Origin: the human T2T-CHM13v2.0 reference genome, Homo sapiens
Length of the DNA: 64,000 bases
Strand: one strand, 5' to 3'
Assembly (NCBI RefSeq): GCF_009914755.1
Contig: NC_060927.1
The first letter of the stretch is position 1. Every line of letters starts with the position of its first letter. Made by a program: the position numbers and the translations under genes. Below are positions 55,438-64,000 of this stretch, piece by piece. Below the pieces are notes generated by a model. The model was not told the origin of the DNA and searched no databases. It saw only the letters and a program-made list of their open reading frames with translations.

Positions 55438-58400
55438 GTAACATTCAAATATTCATGTAAAGATCAAATTTATTTTTAATAATATGATCTGAATTTAATC
55501 CTTAGCCCCAGAATCAAGTAGTCAATGAATTAATATGTATGAATTGCTTCTCACCCTTTCGCTGAAATACCAGTATTTCAGCTTTCAGAACTTCCAGTGA
55601 TGTTCAATTCATTTACAGTTTAAAAATATTTCCCTAAATTACTAGTAAAAAACATTTTTTGTTTTTTTACCCTCAGAGGTACAGTTATATACATGGAAAA
55701 ACTTGGTATGAGTAATTTGGAGAAACAAGTTATTCTTACGATTTTTATAGGGGAGGAAGAAACATCAAATCTAACATATACCTGTTTCCCATCTGTCACC
55801 ATATTCGCATACATATATATATTCTAAGGTGATTTTCTTTGGTGTCATTGTCTATTACTGAATTGTTAATAGAATCCTGATAGGACTTACAGTGAGTCTG
55901 GGGTTTTTGTTTTGTTTTATGTTTCTAAGTGGAAGATATTTATGTAAATACATACACTAGACAGCTACAAGTGTATGTTTTCTTTGGAAAATGTTTTAAC
56001 ATGAAATACTCCTATAGATCTAGAGACATCAGTGATTAATATGTAATATTCTAGTGAAACATGTAAAGAAAGCAGTGAAAGGTGAATAGTGAGGCCATAA
56101 TACATTTGTAAATGATGAGTTATTAGAAAAGCACATGGCAATATTACTTTAGAAATATCTTTAAAAAATTCTGTCTCTTGGAAGGGCCATCAAAAAGAAG
56201 TAATAAACTTTTATGGGCATAGGCTATTTTCCTGGCTTTACTTCTTCACTTTCCCTGTGGTCATCTTTATTGAGGGACCACAATAATTTTTAGTGAGGAT
56301 GATGGGCTGCACTTCCACTGCAAGCTTCACTACAGGGGAGCAGGGCTGTGTCAACTCTAATTTCAGGACTGGGTCAATAACATTTGGATACTAGGAACGC
56401 TTTTGTTCCCTTCCCTGTCCTCTGCCCTTAGAGAGGACCTTTGCAATTGATGAATGGAGGCAATAAAATAAAGAGTAGTTCTTTGGAATCAACAATGTGT
56501 GATGGTCATTTTTGTTTCTTCAATAACTTATTATGACCTATTCCATTTTAAAACTCATATAAATAACCATCCAATGGTTTTACTCTTGATTCTTGTGAGT
56601 TAGTTTAATCAGAGTACCTTTCTTTAACACCTACCCCCAGATGTCTTGAGACGTCAACCTATTGACACCTGCAGGTAGTGCATGTATGGCATTGGTAGGT
56701 GTCATGTTTATGGTCACAAGAGGTACATCCTGCACATTCCTCATACAACTTAAAAAATATATATCCTGATTCAGGTGAGGGGAGATAAAACTTAAAAACC
56801 CTATAATAAAGTTGTAGGGCTTTTTACTGCTAGGAAAATTTACTTATTACTGATATATCAGTCTAAAGTTACACATATAAGTTGTATGTGTGCTGTCATG
56901 TAGCATATTGTCTTTATACCTAGAATGAAAGAAAGCTAGCTAACTCAATTACAGATTTAATTTTTACTGACATAATTCCAAGGAAAATGCAGAATGATTG
57001 TATGACTTTGAGTTTTATTTTTGGTTTTTGAAATGAAAGAGTAGAGTATAGCTTTAAAATATTTATTTGTGTTACAAAACTAGTGTTTTATAATGGTACA
57101 GAAAATAAAGTGTTTAATTTTCACTTCATCAAAAGTTAAGTTGTTTAGGATGTTGACGTAGTTAAGTTTTTGCTGTTTTAATATACTTACGGTTTCTGAA
57201 GACTGAAAGCATCTTAAAATCTGTGACTCATTTGGATTATTTAAATGTATTCATCTATATTAGAATGTAATAATATAATTTGAATATCTTATAGATAATT
57301 ATGTATTGATTTTTTAGGCCATGTGATTCAAAACAATATTTTAGAATCTAAAATTGATAAGAGAATAAGAAGTCTTTAGTATTTTCTAACCATATAAATT
57401 AGGAAATCATATACATTAGAATTATTCAAGCAGCAGAAGAAAACTTCATTTAAACTCAACAGTTATACATAATTTAGAATCGGGACATTTCCATTGTAGT
57501 TTATTTACTGTTTATAGCTTTTGCTTTATTAAATAATTATAGGATTTTATATAAAAGCATTATATATGCCAATTGTATGGTTCTTAGATAAAAGATACAG
57601 GAATTTTAATAAGTGATCTGACTTTCTGCTAAATGCCTAAAACATGATTATGTAGGAAAGCTTTTCCGTTAGATTTTTTTTTTAATGTCATTTCAACCCA
57701 GCTGATCATAAGAATTGGGTCAGACTGCCAGCAACTTAGGTTTGTGAAGGGAATGGAACAGCTTTTCCATGGACAAAGAGAAATGAAATCACTTTCAATG
57801 AAAGAAAGATGCCTCATTATAGTCACCAACAGCAGTTATTGACAGCTACACTTCCTATTAACAAGGAGCATTTAACTAAGAGTTTGGCTGTTGGATCTTT
57901 GGACTTGATCTAATTTGCTAGCATTAATTAGTTTCTTTTGAGCACAGACACTTGGTGCTCACAGCTATAGATTTGCAGGGCTAATTAGGATAGAAAATTG
58001 AACAGAATTGGGTAAGGCATTAACCTTCAACCATTACCAGCTGGGACACTGATAAAGCCCACAGAGTCCAAATGTTACCTATTGATGTGAGGAGTACCCT
58101 AATGAATATCAATTTCAGCCAGGTTGCTATATTCTTACTAGTTCTGTCTTCATTTTAATTTTTTAACCAGCTTACATGATACCCTCTTTATCTATACACC
58201 ATTGGTTTTTACTTAATGTACACTGAATTAGTCTGAGTTGCATATTTCACCTAATGTTTAAATACAGTTAAAATTTGTCTTAAGCAATAGATAACATTTA
58301 GAATGTTTCATCATTATATACCCTTATACTTCTAAAATTTAATTTTAATCTGGAATTACATGATTCTAATTCTACAGTGAATTTGTATAAGTTCCAGTAA

Positions 58401-58561
58401 CTATGCCATTTCAGTATAATGAAAACTATAACGTAATACAAAAAAATTTTAGCTTTTGGGTGACAAATAGTGTTCATATTATTTAAATGGTGTCAACTCT
58501 TGAATCTTGGTCTTTATAAAATATATTTTTAATAATGTAAAATAAACACAAAAGTATATGG

Positions 58562-58699
58562 TTTTTTTTTTTCCTTTTTCTTTGAAATGGAGTCTCACTA
58601 TGTTGTGCAGACTGGTCACCAACTCCTGGGCTCAAACAAGTCTCCCACCTTGGCCTCCCAAAGTGCTGGGATTGCAGGCGTGGACTACTGCGCTCAACC
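58562..58699 (-). mobile_element. FLAM / Alu left monomer
   Basis: aactcctgggctcaa...ttggcctcccaaagtgctgggatt. Confidence 0.85.
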
Positions 58700-60224
58700 T
58701 ATGTTTCTTTTTGAAGAGAAGAATAGTGCTTAGCACCTTTCCTTTTTGAACTTTGATTTGATTACAAAGGAGAATCCTGATCTTGCTATTGGGGAAACTT
58801 TGACAAGATTATAAACTCTGTTGATATCAAAAGAAAAATTAATTGATTTAAATATAAAATTTAATTTTATAGTATTCTTTCTTTGCTAGTGATATTATTG
58901 GTGGTGAATAAAGCCGCTAAAATAAATGACTGAAGTATACTGGTAGATATTAACACAGTGAACACTGAGTACATTGGGAATGGAACTGAAGGAAAACCCT
59001 AGAATGGCCAAATCGCTTTCTTACTTCCTCCCACTTTCCTCACCTTCCAAAAGCCAAAACAGTAACCTCCCACCAACTGTAATGATGAAATCATTGCTTT
59101 TTCTTGGATCTAGGAGTTAGCACCTTGTGTCTTAGGGAGATGGTTTGACAAACTCTGGATTTCAACTTTTGTCTTTTTCTAGCTGTTTGACTTCACTAAT
59201 TAAATGATTTATGTTTTCTGTTAGTAATATTTAAAAAATATTGTTTGCCGTATATAGGTAAAGTGTGCATACTAGTATTAATACATTTTTCTCCATAAGA
59301 GGAAGAGTCACTGAATTATATAGTGTTTTGTAAAAATTCCTCATTATATTTCTTTGCTTTTTTTGAAGTGCATAGTTGACATTTGCTATAAAGTCTCTAT
59401 ATTGGATAATGACGTTTGCTTTAGAAATAATAACAGCCCTTTCTCTTTTTTCCTTTTGCTATCACAGGTAAAGACAGAAAAGTATTTTGTCATCAGGGAT
59501 GGGCTGGAACTTTCTTTAACCTAGCTGTATTCTCTTACTGACTCCTTTCATCCCTTGGGCCTTCTTTTCCCTTATTTTAATGTTTCTTTTGTATTTATGT
59601 TGCAGTCTTTATGATCTGTTGTCCAATAAGTGGGATATAGCTCTGAAAGAATTACATAAAGTACAAGGAAGCATGGGTTATTTGTTTGTTTGAAACATCA
59701 CAGAGCTGTAGGTAAATAACAAAGAAGCTTGATAAAATGCGCTCTTCTGTCAATCACACAGAACTGAAGTATGTTGTATTTTGTGAAATTCCAAAGATAA
59801 GTGAATGAACAAAAAACAATCAAGTCAAGAATGCTTAGAATGTTCTTTAGGAAGTTTACAGGCAGGTAATTATCAGAACAGCATTGAAATAGGTTGCAGG
59901 GCTGCAGACTATATACATGGTCAAAGTAATCACTCTTCTGTCCAACTGTGTTACTTGAAGCTGCCAAAAATCTGCCTTTTTATTTGTTGTTTGAGGTGTA
60001 CCACTCTTATTACATGTATTTTTGTCATTAACCAGTGCACCAGTATTAACTAATGCTGAAGTGGATATGCAACACATCTTGAGACTGGTTTTGATATACT
60101 AAAAGGAAAATAATCACCGCATATGATGAATAGCTGTTATATATGAGTATATTATACAGTCTAAGAAATACAAGTAGATATAAGGCACAGTTTCTGCACT
60201 TTGGACTTACACTGAACTATCTCA

Positions 60225-60782
60225 TGGGTTCCCAGTCACCATTGGATTGGTTGATTCACTAGGAAGACTGACAGGACTCAGCATATAATCCTATTCATAG
60301 CTAAAGGTTATTACAGCAAAAAGATACAAAGCAAAATCAACAAAGGGAAAAGGCATATGGGAAAGTTCAGAAGAAACCGTGGCACAAGCTCCATGAGTCT
60401 TCTCCTGGTAGAGTCACTCAGGGTGTGCTTAATTTCTCCAGCACTGTATTGTGACAACACATGTGAAATGTTGTCTACCAGGGAGGCTCATTAGAGACTC
60501 AGTCCCCAGAATTTTTATTGAGAATTTGTTCTCAATAAAACATTTGGGAACCCTCTGCCTAACATGTACCAAAATTTCAGATTCCCAGAAGGAAAGCAGG
60601 TGTTCAGCATAAATCATATTGTTTGTACAAACAGTTTGGGCACAGTGAGCCACTCTTATCAATTACGAAATGGGGACACTCCCAAGATCCGAGTTCTCCG
60701 ATGCCACCTAAGGGCCAATCTTGCAAGCAAGCCTTTTAAGGATAGCAGTGTCATGCCTGCTATGTTAACTCTTTTCTGCACA
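60225..60782. mobile_element. MER21-like LTR
   Basis: gattcactaggaagact...ggactcagcata...cagattcccagaaggaaagcaggtgttcagcataaa. Confidence 0.75.
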
Positions 60783-60924
60783 TGGACATAATAAAAGTTA
60801 CTTAGCAGTAACTATTTGTGTATGCCTATCATGCCTGGTGTTATGCCAATGGAATCATGAGTAATAGGCTTATATCAATCATAAATACAGCTGAATTATT
60901 TTAAAAATAACTGAACAAAGTATA

Positions 60925-61285
60925 TAGCAGTCCTTCTTATTTGTGGTTTCACTTTCCATGGTTTCAATTACCTGTGGTCAACTGAGGTTCTAGTTTTATC
61001 ATTTCATATCATCATCATAAGAAGGGTTAGTATAATAAGATATTTATAGTACAATAAGATATTTTGAGAGAGACCATATTCACTTAACTTTTATTGTTAC
61101 AAACATTCTATTTTATTAGTTGTTGTTAATCTCATACTATGCCTAATTTATAAATCAAATTTTATCAGGGGTATGTATGTAGAGGAAATAAACATAGTAT
61201 ACATAGGATTTGGTAGTATCTGCAGTGTCAGGCATCCACTAGGGGGCTTAGAACGTATCCCCCATGCATAACAGGGGACTACTGT
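60925..61285. mobile_element. MER44-like (Tigger) MITE
   Basis: cagtccttcttat...ggcatccactagggggcttagaacgtatcccc...ggactactg-TA. Confidence 0.8.
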
Positions 61286-61506
61286 ATAATGGTTATTACT
61301 TACTGATCCAGTGGTTCTCAATTGTATGTGTTAGCTCATATGCTCATTATCAGACTCAATAGCTTATTATGATTATCTTGTTTCTGAAAACAGGACAGTT
61401 TTGCAATAAAATTATATGTAGTTGGACATAAATACCCTTGAATAAAATGGCTAGTTTTCTTCTCACAGAGGAAGATGCAGTATATTTTGGTTTTAGAAAT
61501 AAATGA

Positions 61507-61921
<415 letters not shown>

Positions 61922-62976
61922 AATCCATACCTAAGTATTAAGCCCAGCATGCATTAGCTATGTATCCTGATGCTTTCCCTGCCTCCCTGCCCCCAACAGA
62001 CCCCAGTGAGTGTTGTTCCCCTCCCCGTGTCCATGCTTTCTCATTGTTCAGCTCCCACTTATAAGTGAGAACATGTGGTGATTGGTTTTCTGTTCCTGCG
62101 TTAGTTCCTGCTGAGGATAATGGCTTCCAGCTCCATCCATGTCCCTCATTCCTTTTTATGGCTGCATAGTATTCCATGGTGTATATGTGCCACATTTTCT
62201 TTATCTGGTCTATCATGGATGGGCATTTGGGCTGATTCCATGTCTTTGCTATTGTGAATAGTGCTGCAGTGAACATACACATGCATATATCTTTATAATA
62301 GAATGATTTATATTCCTTTAGGTATATACCCAGTAATGGGATTGCTGGGTCAAATGGTGTTTCTGGTTTTAGGTCTTTGAGGAATCACCACACTGTCTTC
62401 CACAATGGTTGAACTAATTTACATTCCCACCAACAGTGTAAAAGTGTTTCTGTTTCTCCACAGCCTCACCACATCTGTTGTTTCTTAACTTTTTAATAAT
62501 TGCCATTCTGACTGGCATGAGATGGTATCTCATTATGATTTTGATTTGCATTTCTTCAATGACCAGTGATGTTGAGCTTTTTTTCATGTTTGTTGGTAGC
62601 ATAAAGGTCTTGAAAAGTGTCTGTTCATGCCCTTTGCCCACTTTTTAATGGAGTTGTTTGTTTTTTTCTTATAAATTTGTTAAGTTCCTTGTAAATTCTG
62701 GATATTAGACCTTTGTCAGATGGGTAGATTGCCAAAATTTTCTCCCATTCTTTAGGTTGTCTGTTCACGCTTATGATAGTTTCTTTTGCTATGTGGAAAC
62801 TCTTTAGTTTAACTAGATCCCATTTGTCAATTTTTGCTTTTGTTGCAATTGGTTTTGGCATTTTCGTCATGAAATTCTTGCCCGTGCCTATGTCCTGAAT
62901 GGTATTGCCTAGATTTTCTTCTAGTGTATAGTTTTGGGTTTTACATTTATGTCTTTAATTCATCTTGAGTTAATTT

Positions 62977-63417
62977 CTTTTTTTTTTTTTTTTTTTTTGA
63001 GATGGAGTTTTCGTGTTGCCCAAGCTGGAGTGCAATGGCACGGTCTTGGCTCACTGCAACCCTGCAACCTCTGCCTCCCAGGTTCAAGCGATTCTCCTGC
63101 CTCAGCCTCCTGAGTAGCTGGGATTACAGGCATGTGCCACCATACTCGGCCGAGTTAATATTTTTTTGTTTTTTGAGATGGAGTCTCACTCTGTTGCTTA
63201 GGCTGTAGTGCAGTGGCATGATCTCAGCTCACTGCAGCCTCTGCCTCCTGGGTTCCAGTGATTCTCCGACCTCAGCTTCCTAAGTAGCTGGGACTACAGG
63301 CATGTGCCACCACACCTGGCTAATTTTTATGTTTTGATAGGGATGGTGTTTCACCATATTGACCAGGCTGGTCTAGAACTTCTGACCTCAAGTGATCCAC
63401 CCACCTCAGCCTCCCAA
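62977..63417 (-). mobile_element. Two tandem Alu insertions in L1: right monomer 62977-63151 and 5'-truncated AluS 63161-63417
   Basis: GAGTTAAT target sequence present three times (62967, 63152, 63420). Confidence 0.88.
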
Positions 63418-64000
63418 TTGAGTTAATTTTTGTATAAGGTGTAAGGAAGGGGTCCAGTTTCAGTTTTCTGCATATGGCTAGCCAGTTCTCCCAGCACCAT
63501 TTATTAAATAGGGAATCCTTTCCCCATTGCTTGTTTTTGTCAGGTTTGTCGAAGATCAGATAGTTGTAGATGTGCAGTCTTATTTCTGAGTTCTCTATTC
63601 TGTTTCATTGGTCTATGTGTCTGTTTTTGTACCAGAACCATGCTGTTTTGGTTACTGTAGCCTTACAGTTTGAAGTCAGGTAGCATGATGCCTCCACCTT
63701 TGTTCTTTTTGCTTAGGATTGTCTTGGCTATATGGGCTCTTTTTTCTGGTTCCATATGGATGTCAAAATAGTTTGTTCTAATTCTGTGAAATTTTTCCAA
63801 TTCCGAATTCTAGTGGATGCTTGACAATGGTAGTGTAATGGGAATAGCATTGAATCTATAAATTACTTTGGGCAGTATGGCCATTTTCACGACATTGATT
63901 CTTCCTATCCATGAGCATGGAATGTTTTTCCATTTGTATCGTCTCTGATTTCCTTGAGCAGTGGCTTGTAGTTCTCCTTGAAGAGGTCCTTCACTTTCCT

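Noticed and set aside
56641-56694. Possible cryptic exon (cccccag|ATGTC...CAG|gtagtg or TTG|gtaggt)
   Set aside because: Weak pyrimidine tract and donors, with an in-frame stop in the longer form; no support beyond chance
61938-62870. ORFs with L1 ORF2-like peptides
   Set aside because: Frameshifted fragments of a dead L1PA interrupted by Alus; not a host gene

Overview
Primate (human-like) genomic DNA, AT-rich and dense in repeats, containing the 5' part of one protein-coding gene on the + strand. The gene is CMC1, the twin CX9C cytochrome c oxidase assembly factor (human 3p24.1 by recall). A CpG-island promoter at ~33.4-34.0 kb carries Sp1, NRF1, GABP/ETS and E-box motifs. It leads into coding exon 1 (ATG 33853-33871), a 21.5-kb intron 1 and the 90-nt exon 2 (55348-55437). 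Spliced, these give MALDPADQHLRHVEKDVLIPKIMREKAKERCSEQVQ. Intron 2 runs off the end of the window. The first 33 kb is intergenic. The rest is Alu, L1, L2/MIR, MaLR/ERVL LTRs and DNA transposon relics; subfamily calls are from memory of consensus sequences, not from a RepeatMasker run. None of the ORF-track ORFs looks like a real gene. I found no convincing novel multi-gene system. The best leads are: (i) four T-box motif clusters in repeat-poor blocks, notable because the T-box gene EOMES is a chromosomal neighbour; (ii) a recursive-splice/poison-exon-like AG|GT site in intron 2; (iii) a 73-bp templated insertion; (iv) a readable hAT transposase fossil; (v) an LTR-internal-LTR MaLR provirus; (vi) a perfect AT-only palindrome upstream of the promoter.
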